Positions 20,087-31,078 are shown, numbered from the stretch's first letter. The stretch is DNA of 64,000 nucleotides from Aureispira anguillae (GCF_026000115.1 NZ_AP026867.1:2841716-2905715); one strand, 5' to 3'. Made by a program: numbers and translations. The notes: a model not told the origin generated them from the letters alone.

Positions 20087-21550
20087 TTATTTTCGAAGAA
20101 CTATTTTTCGAGGTATTACCTGATCTCCAACTCTCAATTGCAGCAAATAAACGCCCTCAGATTGGTTGGTTAAATCAACTTGTCTATTATAATCGCCCTC
20201 AAAACCTTGTATCTGTTCTGTATAAACGGTTCTTCCCAAGACATCACTAAGTACAAGTTCAACATTTTCCTCCAAACCATTTAGTTGAAACTGAACATGG
20301 ACAAAATTTGAAGTTGGATTAGGGTAAACCAATAAAGAACGATCTACTTTATTAATATAACTAATTGGAACATTGCAATAACGAACCAATACACTATCTA
20401 CATAAGTAATGGTATCGATATAATGAGAGATGGTCACCTCTACTGTCATAGATCCGCTTGTCAACGTATGTACCCCTGCCCCCAATGAAGCACTCAAAGA
20501 CATAGGACCACTGCCACAAGGATCATCATTATCCAATGGACCTAAGGCACTGTCATCATCCCATATTTCCAAACTATAAGTTTGTCCTGCACTCAATTCA
20601 ATTGGACCAGGAAATACCATGGTGTCTCTTGGGTATTCGTTGTTTTGAGTATTCCCTATTAAGGCAAAATTAGGGTCTGTATTAATGGTATCTCCTCCTC
20701 CTATCAGAACAATATACATATCGGGAGCACCAGGAATTACAAGAGGAGCAATCCCTACATCGTCATTACAACTATTGCCAGGATCTGTAGCAACAACAAT
20801 TGATTCTAACAAATAAGGAAAAGTGTCAATCACAACCTGCTGCTCAATTGCTACTGTTGTATCTGAAGTCATATTGAAGTCATACCATACCGTGTCAGGG
20901 TTCTCTAAGGTTGATGTATCCCCATTGTTAAAATCCCAGAAGTAAGAAAACCCAGGATTCCCATTACTTGGAACAAGGTTGTTAATCACAACGCCAAATG
21001 GTGCACAGCCTGCTGAGGTATCCACGGTAAAAGAAGCATTTGTATCTGGAAAAACAGTAAATTCTAAAGGAATTGGAGGTGAAGGGAAAACAAAACCACT
21101 AATTTGAATTTCTAAATTAACATTCACAATAAAAACCCCTGAAGCACCAGGAGTTCCACAGAGTGTAATACAACCATCTCGAGTCTGTGGAGCCGCCTCA
21201 TTATAAGTCATAGGAGCAGGTCGATCACCTATCCAAGAAAGCCCAGGAGGCAAACCTGTAACGCTTAACACTTTAAAATGATCAATTGTTAATCCTGCTG
21301 GGACATTGGTACCTGGAGGCGCTACAGCCGCTAAAGGATCTGTTGTATAAGGCAGACGATAGCTCATTGATTCTTCATAGTAGGCATTCTTGTAGGCCGC
21401 AGGCAAAGAGTCAACAACAATTGTATCCGCAGGAATTCCAGCAGGCAAGTTGATCGTACAGTTAGGGCACTGTGCGCTAAGGCTGTTTAGCCCCATTATC
21501 CCCAAGCTTAATAGCAACAAACAAGTTAAAAACAAGTTATTGTTCTTCAT
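20087..21550 (-). CDS. Secreted protein with a T9SS (Por) C-terminal sorting domain.
   Basis: Signal peptide MKNNNLFLTCLLLLSLGIMGLNSLSAQ. C-terminal ~80 aa ..LLVYPNPTSNFVHVQF..GVYLLQLRVGDQVIPRKIVL is typical of a T9SS CTD. Confidence 0.6.
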   Translation of the reverse strand: MKNNNLFLTCLLLLSLGIMGLNSLSAQCPNCTINLPAGIPADTIVVDSLPAAYKNAYYEESMSYRLPYTTDPLAAVAPPGTNVPAGLTIDHFKVLSVTGLPPGLSWIGDRPAPMTYNEAAPQTRDGCITLCGTPGASGVFIVNVNLEIQISGFVFPSPPIPLEFTVFPDTNASFTVDTSAGCAPFGVVINNLVPSNGNPGFSYFWDFNNGDTSTLENPDTVWYDFNMTSDTTVAIEQQVVIDTFPYLLESIVVATDPGNSCNDDVGIAPLVIPGAPDMYIVLIGGGDTINTDPNFALIGNTQNNEYPRDTMVFPGPIELSAGQTYSLEIWDDDSALGPLDNDDPCGSGPMSLSASLGAGVHTLTSGSMTVEVTISHYIDTITYVDSVLVRYCNVPISYINKVDRSLLVYPNPTSNFVHVQFQLNGLEENVELVLSDVLGRTVYTEQIQGFEGDYNRQVDLTNQSEGVYLLQLRVGDQVIPRKIVLRK

Positions 21551-22087
21551 TCTTTCTTTTTTTAGGTAAGGAAGTTGTTTAATTTTTCTATTGCTTTCCT
21601 TAAAAATTTTAAACCACTTCAAAATGTATAATTAACCAACCTATTATCTATCCATTATAAACCTGCATCTTATATAAAGAGTCTTTTTAGAGGCTTTATC
21701 CCTATTCAGAACATCAAATAATAGCATAAATCTCCAAAAATTGTACAATAAAAGACATCAACTGCATTCGTCATTATCATAAACTGCGCAGCAATCCTAT
21801 CGTAAACCAAGTTCATACAATAATTGAGTTTGTGCTAATGACGATTAATAGATAGTAGGTTATCCATTGTGCAAAATAAGTTTTTTTTTATTCTTTTGCA
21901 ATCCTTTTTAACTATTTGGTCAACCCGCAAGCAAGATTGTAATTACCGTTAGCAATTTTTTTCTTGTTTTTCTTATAAAAACGGGGGGCTACAACCTAAG
22001 TAGCTATAAGCAACAGAGTATTACTTATAGTCTCTTAGGCTTAACCATTAATTTGTTTGTTTTTTTTACCTTTGGTAATCCGATTGA

Positions 22088-23806
22088 TTAATCAACCAAC
22101 AACCTCTGTGCTTGGCTATTGTGACCATCTGTCAATTCAATAAAGTACATTCCTGATGCAAAATCACGAATTGGGATTGTTGTCGTAAAATCCCCCAAAA
22201 CATTGCCTAATGTTTGGCTATGTACACATTCTCCTAAAGTATTAAATACCTTAATGCTCAAATCTATGGTCTTGCTGGTTGTAAAATAAACAGTTACAGC
22301 AGCAGCCTTGGCAGGATTAGGGTACAACATAAACAAAGACACATCACTTAAGGTTCTTACTACCAATGGATGATCTACAATATAACTATATCTTTTGGCT
22401 CTATTAATTCCATAAGGAAGAAAGTCAACGGTTCCCAATCCGCCACAATCAGAAGAGATTAAGTTGCCATTATCATTTAATAATTCTAGTGTTTCAACAA
22501 TTGTTTTTACAGAAGCTTGCCCATCTCCAAATGCTTCAAAAATTGGCAAGGCTTCTTCCAAATTATTAAAATCATTTGCCGTATAAATTCCTTTATTATT
22601 GAGGCTGTCACAAAGCCCAGCTAAAAAAGGAGCATTGGCTGCTGTAGCGATAAGCGAAAATACCCCACAACAAGGCTGCCCTCCATTATCACCATTCAAC
22701 AAAGAATCCATTAAAACTTCCAACGTTCCCAAATCATATCCTATGGCTACTAAATCAAAAGTATCGCCAACAGCAAGCTGTATTCCATAACGAGATTTAT
22801 CCATTGGCATAAAAATACCATCTACATCTGCTCCTATCACAACCTCTGCTCCTGTGGTGTCCATTTGGCCTTGATTATCCAATGCGACCGTCCCTCTTTT
22901 GGTAATAAGATACTCTACATTTGGCAAATCAGCCGAAGCATTTACCGTCAAAACAGGAGTGGGAGTATTTTGATTGCTTTCAATTGGTGTTCCGTGTACC
23001 CCAACAGCCAATTCGGGAGCAACCGTTGTTCCCAAACAGCATAAATCAACCATGTTTCCGATTTGGTAACCATATCGTTTATTCGGGTGAATGCCATACG
23101 GGATAAAATTATTAGCTCCTACTCCCCCACAATCTGCCGAAATAAAGGTTCCATTTGTATTTAACAATTGAAAAATAGAAATAATAGACTCAACTGACAA
23201 TTGCCCATCTACAAAAACGCCTAAAACCACAAGTACTTCTTCAAAAGAAGTAACGTCCGAACCTGTATAAATACCTGCATTATTAAGCGTGTCACAGAAG
23301 CCTGCTAGAGAAGGTTGTTGCAAGGCTATACTCAATAGTGTGAATAAATCGCAACAAGGAGAAGATCCACTATAACCATTCAACAAAGAATCCGTTAGTT
23401 GTTGCACAATTGCCAAATCATAACCAATAGCAATAAGATCAAGTGTATCTCCTACAGAAAAATCGATATTATATCGAGTGATATTGGTTGGAATAAAGGT
23501 ACCATCTGCATCTGTTCCCAACACCACATCACCACCTCCGCCAGTGGTATCTGGTTGCCCTTGATTGTTGAGTGCGGCTGTTCCTCTTTTGGTAATAAGA
23601 TACTCTACGTTGGGCAAATCAGACGAGGCACTGATGGCTAAAGTAGGAGGAATTGTATTTTGATTTAAGCCGACTACTCCTGTATTTAAATTAACCATTA
23701 CTTCTGGAGCGACTGTTGAATTTAAACAACATTTGTTTTGGGCAAATAAACCGTTTATTAACAATAGGATTAGGCTCAGACCTATTAATAGTGGTTTAGT
23801 TTTCAT
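22088..23806 (-). CDS. T9SS cargo protein with two tandem copies of a ~230-aa Cys-rich domain followed by a T9SS CTD.
   Basis: Signal peptide. Each copy runs CC..STVAPE ... NVEYLITKRGT ... PCC.(L/V)F ... (F/L)CD(T/S)LNN.GIY ... DCGG(V/L)G ... PYGI. The CTD is LFMLYPNPAKAAAVTVYFTTSK .. GMYFIELTDGHNSQAQRLLVD. Confidence 0.6.
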   Translation of the reverse strand: MKTKPLLIGLSLILLLINGLFAQNKCCLNSTVAPEVMVNLNTGVVGLNQNTIPPTLAISASSDLPNVEYLITKRGTAALNNQGQPDTTGGGGDVVLGTDADGTFIPTNITRYNIDFSVGDTLDLIAIGYDLAIVQQLTDSLLNGYSGSSPCCDLFTLLSIALQQPSLAGFCDTLNNAGIYTGSDVTSFEEVLVVLGVFVDGQLSVESIISIFQLLNTNGTFISADCGGVGANNFIPYGIHPNKRYGYQIGNMVDLCCLGTTVAPELAVGVHGTPIESNQNTPTPVLTVNASADLPNVEYLITKRGTVALDNQGQMDTTGAEVVIGADVDGIFMPMDKSRYGIQLAVGDTFDLVAIGYDLGTLEVLMDSLLNGDNGGQPCCGVFSLIATAANAPFLAGLCDSLNNKGIYTANDFNNLEEALPIFEAFGDGQASVKTIVETLELLNDNGNLISSDCGGLGTVDFLPYGINRAKRYSYIVDHPLVVRTLSDVSLFMLYPNPAKAAAVTVYFTTSKTIDLSIKVFNTLGECVHSQTLGNVLGDFTTTIPIRDFASGMYFIELTDGHNSQAQRLLVD

Positions 23807-23955
23807 GAATATTCGTGTTTTGTTGCGATATGTTCTACATCAAATTACTAGAGACTTACATATCTTTATAAAAAAATAATTTCATTACTCAGCTAAAGTA
23901 ATGAAATTATTTTTTTGTAATTGCTCAACAAAACAATTTAACAAAATATCGATTC

Positions 23956-24993
23956 TTAATCCACCAATAATTTGTGTGTTTGGCTGCTGTGACCATCTGT
24001 TAATTCAACAAAGTACATTCCTGATGAAAGATCACGAACAGGGATTGTAGTATTAAAGTCACCAGAAACATTACCCAATGTTTGGCTGTGTACACGCTGC
24101 CCTAAAGCATCAAATACGTTAATGTTTAAATCTACTGTTTTGCTGGTTGTAAAATAAACATTTACAATAGCAGTATTAGCAGGATTAGGATACAACATAA
24201 ACAAAGATACATCGCTCAATTTTTTAACAGCAATGGTTCCTTCTCTATCATAACCATATTGAGCAGTTCTATTAATACCATAAGGAACAAAATTAACTTG
24301 TCCTGTACCAATTCCTCCACAATCTCCAGAGATGAAATTACCATTTTCATTAATAATAGCCAAAGTTGAAATTACGGTTCCCAAAGAAGTTTGCCCTTTT
24401 GAAAATACATCAAAAATCGCCAAAACCTCGTTCATACCGTGAATATCTGAAGAATTATAAATCCCTGCATTATTAACACTATCGCAGAATCCTGCAATAG
24501 CAGGCTCTTGCAAAGCAATAGACATCAACCCAAAAAGTTCACAACAAGGTTTACTTCCAGAGTACCCATTCAATAAAGAATCGGCAAGTGTTCTAATGAT
24601 AGCAATATCATAACCTACGGCTGTTAAATCAAACGTATCGCCAGCATTAAGTGTTACCCCATAACGATTCATATCATCTGGCATAAAAATACCATCTATA
24701 TCCGCACCAATAATGACATCACCACCACCACCAGTAGTATCTGGCGTTCCAAGGTTGTTTAAAGCGGGTGTGTTTCTTTTTGTTACTATATATTCTACCG
24801 TTGGTAAGTCCACAGAAGCATTGGTAGCTAATACAGGTGCAGGAGTGTTAGCATTTCCCGCAATTTGGTTGGCAGAATGAAAACCTGTTGTAATTTCAGG
24901 AGCAACCGTTGACGCTCCACAACAAGTTTGACCATAACTTGTTGATGCCATCAATCCCAAACATGCAGCAAACAAAGTAGCTAGTTTTTTCAT
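23956..24993 (-). CDS. T9SS cargo protein with one copy of the same Cys-rich domain plus a T9SS CTD. Paralog of the previous gene.
   Basis: CCGASTVAPE .. VEYIVTKRNT .. PCCELF .. FCDSVNNAGIY .. DCGGIG .. LFMLYPNPANTAIVNVYFTTSK .. LLVD. Confidence 0.6.
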   Translation of the reverse strand: MKKLATLFAACLGLMASTSYGQTCCGASTVAPEITTGFHSANQIAGNANTPAPVLATNASVDLPTVEYIVTKRNTPALNNLGTPDTTGGGGDVIIGADIDGIFMPDDMNRYGVTLNAGDTFDLTAVGYDIAIIRTLADSLLNGYSGSKPCCELFGLMSIALQEPAIAGFCDSVNNAGIYNSSDIHGMNEVLAIFDVFSKGQTSLGTVISTLAIINENGNFISGDCGGIGTGQVNFVPYGINRTAQYGYDREGTIAVKKLSDVSLFMLYPNPANTAIVNVYFTTSKTVDLNINVFDALGQRVHSQTLGNVSGDFNTTIPVRDLSSGMYFVELTDGHSSQTHKLLVD

Positions 24994-25641
24994 AAGAAAA
25001 ATTCTTTTTTTTAATTGATATAATAGGTTATTTTTTAGAGATTTTAGGTTCAGAGCCTAGCAAAAATAGTAGTTTTTATTTGATAAAACAACAATCCTTT
25101 AACAATTATTTCACAGTTCGGCGGTTAGGTAGAATAAAATATTGAGCTTTTCAAAAAATATACTTTACCTCCAAAATGCTGTCTGATTGAATCATTTTTT
25201 TATTGGTTTATAACTCAGGGAGTAAAATCAAAAAGAAATAAATTTATCTTTAAAGATATCCTGCCCTTCTAATAAAAGGTTTTGTGAAAATTATATTTTT
25301 TATAAAATTTTCTCTTTCTTAAAAAAAGCAATAAATTCTCACAATAACTAATTTATGGTTTAACTTAAAAGTTAAATCATAGGCAAGCAGCACTTCACCT
25401 TAATTATTTAATAGCTCTATTCGATCTATTTTTATTCTCCTAATTCAAGCAAAAAAGGACTTATCTATCTATACTTTTGAAACACCTTGACAGAGTATAT
25501 TTAAATATTCGCTTGCAAAACACAAATATTGTACTATTTTTACTTGATTTTAGCATCAAAAATTTTATTCAGAAGAAGAAAGAGTCCCATTTTAGAAACA
25601 TACTATTAATTTATATTCAATTCAATTAATAACAAAGACTT

Positions 25642-28230
25642 ATGAAAAGACAATCCCTATTATATTGGTTATTTAGTTTAACCTTAATTTTGATGAGTTC
25701 AATTGCTTGGGGGCAGGGAACAATCAAAGGAATTTTAATGGATTCTATAGAAAATGAGCCAATGCTAGGTGCAGAAATCCGTATCAACGATACGGAGGGA
25801 AATTTTGTAACGGGTGGTGCTTCGGATTTTGTAGAGGGAGCCTATGAAATAGCGGTAGCTGCTGGCACCTATGATCTATCCTGTAGTTATATGGGCTATT
25901 CAACAGTTACCAAAAGAATTACTATAAAAAATGGCGAAACCTTAAGCCTAAACATCAATATGGCTGAAGAGGTCAATGTATTAAAAGTAGTCACCAAAAC
26001 GGCATCAAGATTTGAAACCTCCGTTGGTAAATCTTCGATTTCTATTGATGTAGTAAAACCAGATTTGGTAGACAACACCAATGCAACAAAAGTGGATGAA
26101 GTCGTAGATAAAATACCAGGTGTTGCCGTTGTTGATGGGCAAGCCAATATTCGTGGAGGTTCTGGCTTTTCTTATGGCGCAGGTAGTCGAGTATTGCTAT
26201 TGGTAGATGACTTGCCTCTATTGACGGGGGATGCTGGACAGCCCAACTGGCGTGATATTCCTGTTGAAAACATCTCTCAAATTGAGGTGGTCAAGGGAGC
26301 AGCTTCAGCGCTTTATGGTTCATCTGCTCTAAATGGAATTATCAACATCCGTACTGCTTATGCCAAAAACAAGCCTGTCACTAAGGTATCTGTTTTTCAA
26401 ACTTCTTTTTTAGATCCAAAACGTGTTGAGACAGCTTGGTGGAAAAGAGACTCACTAGAAGTTTGGGATGCAGCAGATAACGACCCGAATGATGCTGATA
26501 CCATAACCCCTGCCCTTTTGTCTGGGCGCAATGGTTATCGAAAGCCTATAGAGATGGGAGTACAATTTGCTCATAGACATAAAATCGGCAAATTTGACTT
26601 AACATTGGGTGGTAATTATTTTTATCAAGATTCTTATAGAGCGGGTTCCTATGAGCGTAAATTCCGTTTTAACGCCAATACACGTTATCGCTTTAATACA
26701 AAAGTCAACGCAGGGATAAATTTAAACTTTAATCATGGTTTATCTTCTAGCTTTTTCTTGTGGAATAATACAGGAATCTGGTTTGGTGGTTTCAGAGGCG
26801 AAAACAATGCTAACCATATCTATGAACCATTGGCGGGAAGTATTACAGAATCAACCATTACTCGTTTTAATGTAGATCCTTTCTTAACTGCTTATGACAA
26901 AAAGGAAGGTCGCCATAGATTACAAACACGTTATTATTATGTAAATAATCAAAATGGTCAAAATCAGTCTAACTTATCCCACTTGGCTTATGGAGAATAT
27001 CAATACCAAAGAAAATTCTCTATTAATTCTGCTTTCTTTGGCGATTTCAAACTTGTAGCAGGAGCTGTTGGAACCTATACTTTTTCTCGCTCTCAATTAT
27101 TTGGAAACGCAGATTACAACATTACAAATGGAGGGCTTTATGTACAGGGTGAGCAAGGTTTCTTCAAAGAAAAAAACTCCGAGAACACAAAGCTTAATGT
27201 TACATTTGGCATTCGTTGGGAAGTATTTAATATCCAAAGCCCTGATTCTATCCAGGTAGATGCAAGAGATGGGGTTTTGGTTAAGAATCCTGAAGTAAAT
27301 TCTATCGACAGTACAGGAATACCAAGACCTCGATTCCGTATTGGTCTTAACTATGAACTTACGCCTTTTACCTTTGTGCGAGCATCTTGGGGAGAAGGTT
27401 ATCGCTACCCTACTATTGCAGAGCGTTATATTACAACTCAAATTGGTAGCGGAAGTCAGAAGTTAGCTATTCTCGCCAATCCTCGATTAAAACCTGAATC
27501 GGGCTGGTCGGCAGAAATTGGCATCAAGCAGGGTTTTAAAATTGGGAATTGGAAAGGTTTTGCCGATTTATCTGGTTTCTGGACAGAATACCAAGATATG
27601 ATGGAATTTACCTTTGGAGGCGGAGATCCAGCGGCAACAGATGCTCAGAATATTTTCTTTCAATCCATCAATGTAGATGATACCCGAATTAGAGGCTTTG
27701 AATTTAGTTTAATGGGTTCTGGCAATATTGGCCCTGTTAGCATGAATGTTTTGGCAGGTTATACCTTCATTGCTCCAGAATTTCAAAACTGGGATCAAGA
27801 CACAGTTATTCAAACCTTGTCCACTTCCAATTACAATATTCTAAAATATCGTAATGTCCACAACTTTAAATTTGATGTTGAAGCTTTCTTCTTAAAAAAC
27901 AAAGCCTTGTCTGTTGGTTTTTCTTTAAACTACAACAGCAGGATGGAAAATATCGACAAAGCATTCGAAGATATTGTTTATATACTTCCTGGAGATGATG
28001 ATTTATTTGGTATTGGCTACTATAGAGACAATTACAATAATGGCGAATTTCTTAATCTAGGTGCTCGGATTGGTTATCGCCATGCTTTCAAAAATAGCGA
28101 TGACAAGGAAATTGCAGCCGTTAAGTTATCCCTTGTTGGCAAAAATTTATTAAATCAAGAATATATGATTCGCCCAGCATTGGTCGATGCGCCTGCTAAT
28201 ATTACGGTTCGATTAGATGTTGAATTTTAA
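25642..28230 (+). CDS. TonB-dependent outer-membrane receptor with an N-terminal carboxypeptidase-regulatory-like (CarbopepD_reg) domain.
   Basis: Signal peptide, then a CarbopepD_reg-like beta-sandwich (GTIKGILMD..GAEIRINDTEGNFVTG..YDLSCSYMGYS). A plug follows (IEVVKGAASALYGSSALNGIINI), and the barrel ends in an aromatic residue (..RLDVEF). Confidence 0.8.
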   Translation: MKRQSLLYWLFSLTLILMSSIAWGQGTIKGILMDSIENEPMLGAEIRINDTEGNFVTGGASDFVEGAYEIAVAAGTYDLSCSYMGYSTVTKRITIKNGETLSLNINMAEEVNVLKVVTKTASRFETSVGKSSISIDVVKPDLVDNTNATKVDEVVDKIPGVAVVDGQANIRGGSGFSYGAGSRVLLLVDDLPLLTGDAGQPNWRDIPVENISQIEVVKGAASALYGSSALNGIINIRTAYAKNKPVTKVSVFQTSFLDPKRVETAWWKRDSLEVWDAADNDPNDADTITPALLSGRNGYRKPIEMGVQFAHRHKIGKFDLTLGGNYFYQDSYRAGSYERKFRFNANTRYRFNTKVNAGINLNFNHGLSSSFFLWNNTGIWFGGFRGENNANHIYEPLAGSITESTITRFNVDPFLTAYDKKEGRHRLQTRYYYVNNQNGQNQSNLSHLAYGEYQYQRKFSINSAFFGDFKLVAGAVGTYTFSRSQLFGNADYNITNGGLYVQGEQGFFKEKNSENTKLNVTFGIRWEVFNIQSPDSIQVDARDGVLVKNPEVNSIDSTGIPRPRFRIGLNYELTPFTFVRASWGEGYRYPTIAERYITTQIGSGSQKLAILANPRLKPESGWSAEIGIKQGFKIGNWKGFADLSGFWTEYQDMMEFTFGGGDPAATDAQNIFFQSINVDDTRIRGFEFSLMGSGNIGPVSMNVLAGYTFIAPEFQNWDQDTVIQTLSTSNYNILKYRNVHNFKFDVEAFFLKNKALSVGFSLNYNSRMENIDKAFEDIVYILPGDDDLFGIGYYRDNYNNGEFLNLGARIGYRHAFKNSDDKEIAAVKLSLVGKNLLNQEYMIRPALVDAPANITVRLDVEF

Positions 28231-28268
28231 CTCCGTTTAAAACCAAATCTAAATTAGAGCTTTTCTCA

Positions 28269-28308
28269 GAAGCCTTTTGTTGTTGCAACAAAAGGCTTCT
28301 TTTTTTTC
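28269..28308 (+). terminator. Rho-independent terminator of the TonB-dependent receptor gene.
   Basis: GAAGCCTTTTGTTG ttg CAACAAAAGGCTTC followed by TTTTTTTT. Perfect 14-bp stem. Confidence 0.75.
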
Positions 28309-28729
28309 ATCCCCTACCCCCAAAAAACAATGGAATACAACAAGTTGTATTTTAAAAAATAAGGTTTTCTTGCTTAAATCATTTTAGTTCTTTATTTTTG
28401 ACACACAATTACTATTTCCCCTTTTTAATACGTTTTTTTGAAATTTAAAAGTGTTTTCTGTTTTTCGAACACCACTAATAATATCTAATTGTTTAACTAT
28501 GCAAAGTCCCAAAATTATTGGTAAATAACCAACCACTCTTCTATTTATTTTTTGACCATTCAAATACTAACAACCCGTTGGAGGAACCATTTACGCCCTT
28601 ATTGGTTTCTTATGCAATTCATAAATTTTTCCAGCAAGTTTTTAGGATCAAATAAAAATACTTATTCCCCCGTTGTAGATTTTGGTGCCAATATCAATTG
28701 GATTAAGTCTATCGAAATTGAAAAGCTAC

Positions 28730-29719
28730 ATGAGACTAAAGTTTTTAACTTGGCTATTACTTTTACTATCCTCAACTATTAGTTATTCCCAAGATTATGT
28801 CTACGAAGAAAGACAAAAAAAGCGAATGCAATATATTCCTCGCTATCCAATTGAAGTTGGGCTTCATTTGGGTACAACACAATTTTTGGGCGACTTAGGA
28901 GGTACCAGTAGTGCGGGGCAAGGTTTTATTGCGGATACTGATTTTTTAAGTATTCGATCCTCTTTTGGTCTTTTTAGTCGTTACAATATGGGTGGACACT
29001 TTTCATTTCGATTAGAAATGTCTTATATTAATCTCGCAGGAAACGACAAATTTGCAGGCAAAGATTTTTCTTCGACTAAATTCGGTTCTGAAGATGGATG
29101 GTTTAGGTATTATCGCAACTTGCACGTTCATACCCATGTATTTGAACTCAGTAATAGTTGTCAGTTTATTCCGTATAATTTTAAACTAACAGGTAGTCGC
29201 TATACCAATTCAAAGCAAAATGTCCTTTCTCCCTATTTCGTTTTGGGAGCTGGTTTTATTGTTTTTAGCCCACAAGCAAAATACGATGGAAAATGGGTAG
29301 ATCTTAAACCCTTAAGCACGGAGGGACAAGGAATCATAGCGGGCAAAGATCCCTATAGTTCTGTTCAATTTATCATCCCTACTGGTTTTGGCATTCAATG
29401 GGAACACAATCACGATTGGTTGTTATCCATAGAAATTAGCCACCGTTTTACGTTTACCGATTACTTGGATGATGTCTCAACAGATTATGTCCACCCTTCT
29501 ATTTTTGCGGATCACTTTAGCCCCGAAAAAGCAGCCCTTGCTACAGCCCTCGCTCGCCGATCGCAAGAACAAGATCCCCAAGATATTTATGGTTATATCA
29601 CTGCACCAGGAGCACAGCGTGGAGATCCTAAAAACAATGATGCTTATTATACCATCGCTGTTCGCTTTGCAATTTATTTAAAAAAGTCTAGACCTTTGGC
29701 CTTAGTTAAAGATTATTGA
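28730..29719 (+). CDS. Hypothetical outer-membrane beta-barrel-like protein.
   Basis: Signal peptide MRLKFLTWLLLLLSSTISYSQ. Alternating amphipathic strands. The C-terminus is ..FAIYLKK. I trimmed the TTG-started track ORF to the first ATG. Confidence 0.45.
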   Translation: MRLKFLTWLLLLLSSTISYSQDYVYEERQKKRMQYIPRYPIEVGLHLGTTQFLGDLGGTSSAGQGFIADTDFLSIRSSFGLFSRYNMGGHFSFRLEMSYINLAGNDKFAGKDFSSTKFGSEDGWFRYYRNLHVHTHVFELSNSCQFIPYNFKLTGSRYTNSKQNVLSPYFVLGAGFIVFSPQAKYDGKWVDLKPLSTEGQGIIAGKDPYSSVQFIIPTGFGIQWEHNHDWLLSIEISHRFTFTDYLDDVSTDYVHPSIFADHFSPEKAALATALARRSQEQDPQDIYGYITAPGAQRGDPKNNDAYYTIAVRFAIYLKKSRPLALVKDY

Positions 29720-29929
29720 GTTGTTCTTAAATGTTATTACTCTGCTAAGCTGCCGTGTAATCTTGAGTTGAATTTATGCCAATGGTAATAACTACACAAG
29801 GACAGCTATCTAGCAATAATTTCTATTACCCCAATAACTTACTCTCCTCCAAAGTGCTATCAAAAATAGGGAAATTAAATAATAGCCTCCTCTACAATCC
29901 GAGAAAAAACTAAGCACTTTTTAGTATTT

Positions 29930-31078
29930 TTGCCTTCCAACAACATTGTTACATCTGCCAAACTTAAATACATTCTTGTGAATTTTCAATACAACAATCA
30001 ATCTTATACCATAAAACGGTATCCGCTCAGCAATAATTCTTCTTTACAAGCTTGGAGTGCAGCAGATGAACACCTACTAAAATACATAGAGCACTTACCA
30101 CAAGCTAATACAAATGTTACCATTATCAATGATCGATTTGGCTTTTTGAGTTGTTTGTTGCATCCCTACCAACCGAATACAATTTGGACGAATAAATCGC
30201 ACCAAAAAGCAACCGAATACAATTTAAGGAACAATAATATTGCGCCCTCCAACATTACATTTCAAACCATTCTATCTCCTGATTTGGGCATAACGGATGT
30301 TGGTTTCTTAAAAATTCCCAAATCCCTAGCCCTTTTTCGACTATTTCTTTATCAATTGTCTCAAAGTGCCAACAAAAACACGATCGTATATTGTAGCTTT
30401 ATGACTCGGCATTTTAGCCCTAAAATATTACGTATTGCAGAAGATTTTTTTGAGCATATCGAACAAAGCAAGGCTTGGAAAAAGTCAAGAGTTCTTTTGT
30501 TAAAGCAACCCAAAGCACATCAAATAGAAACGCTAACGCACAAAATTAATTGGGAACAAGAGGTCTTTCATCAATATTTTGGCGTGTTTTCGGCTGGGCA
30601 CATAGATTATGCTAGCCAATTTTTGATTCACAACCTACCACCTGTTTCTTCTTATAAACGAGTGTTAGATTTAGCCTCTGGCAACGGAATACTTGCCGCA
30701 AGTATTCGCAAAAGAAACCCTACCTGCGAATTGCACTTATTAGATGATTTTTTCTTAGCGGTAGAATCCTCCAAATTAAATCTAGAACAGAATAATACAT
30801 TTTTTCATAATAATGACAACCTAGAACACTTCCCAGCCAACCATTTTGACTGCATTATATCGAACCCTCCTTTTCATTTTGAACACGAAGTTAATATTGA
30901 CATTTCGCTGTCTTTATTTAAAGAAGTAAGACGATCTTTAGCGCCCAATGGGCACTTTATTTTAGTTGCAAACAAGCATCTTAACTACAAAACACATCTA
31001 GATTTGCTATTTCCTAAGGTATTTATCATCAAAGAGAATAAAAAATTTGTTGTTTACCAATGTAATATTTCAGTATAA
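29930..31078 (+). CDS. RsmC/RlmG-family rRNA (guanine-N2)-methyltransferase.
   Basis: Two-domain, ~380 aa. VLDLASGNGILAAS is the AdoMet motif I, and CIISNPPFH is the m2G NPPF catalytic motif. Confidence 0.6.
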   Translation: MPSNNIVTSAKLKYILVNFQYNNQSYTIKRYPLSNNSSLQAWSAADEHLLKYIEHLPQANTNVTIINDRFGFLSCLLHPYQPNTIWTNKSHQKATEYNLRNNNIAPSNITFQTILSPDLGITDVGFLKIPKSLALFRLFLYQLSQSANKNTIVYCSFMTRHFSPKILRIAEDFFEHIEQSKAWKKSRVLLLKQPKAHQIETLTHKINWEQEVFHQYFGVFSAGHIDYASQFLIHNLPPVSSYKRVLDLASGNGILAASIRKRNPTCELHLLDDFFLAVESSKLNLEQNNTFFHNNDNLEHFPANHFDCIISNPPFHFEHEVNIDISLSLFKEVRRSLAPNGHFILVANKHLNYKTHLDLLFPKVFIIKENKKFVVYQCNISV

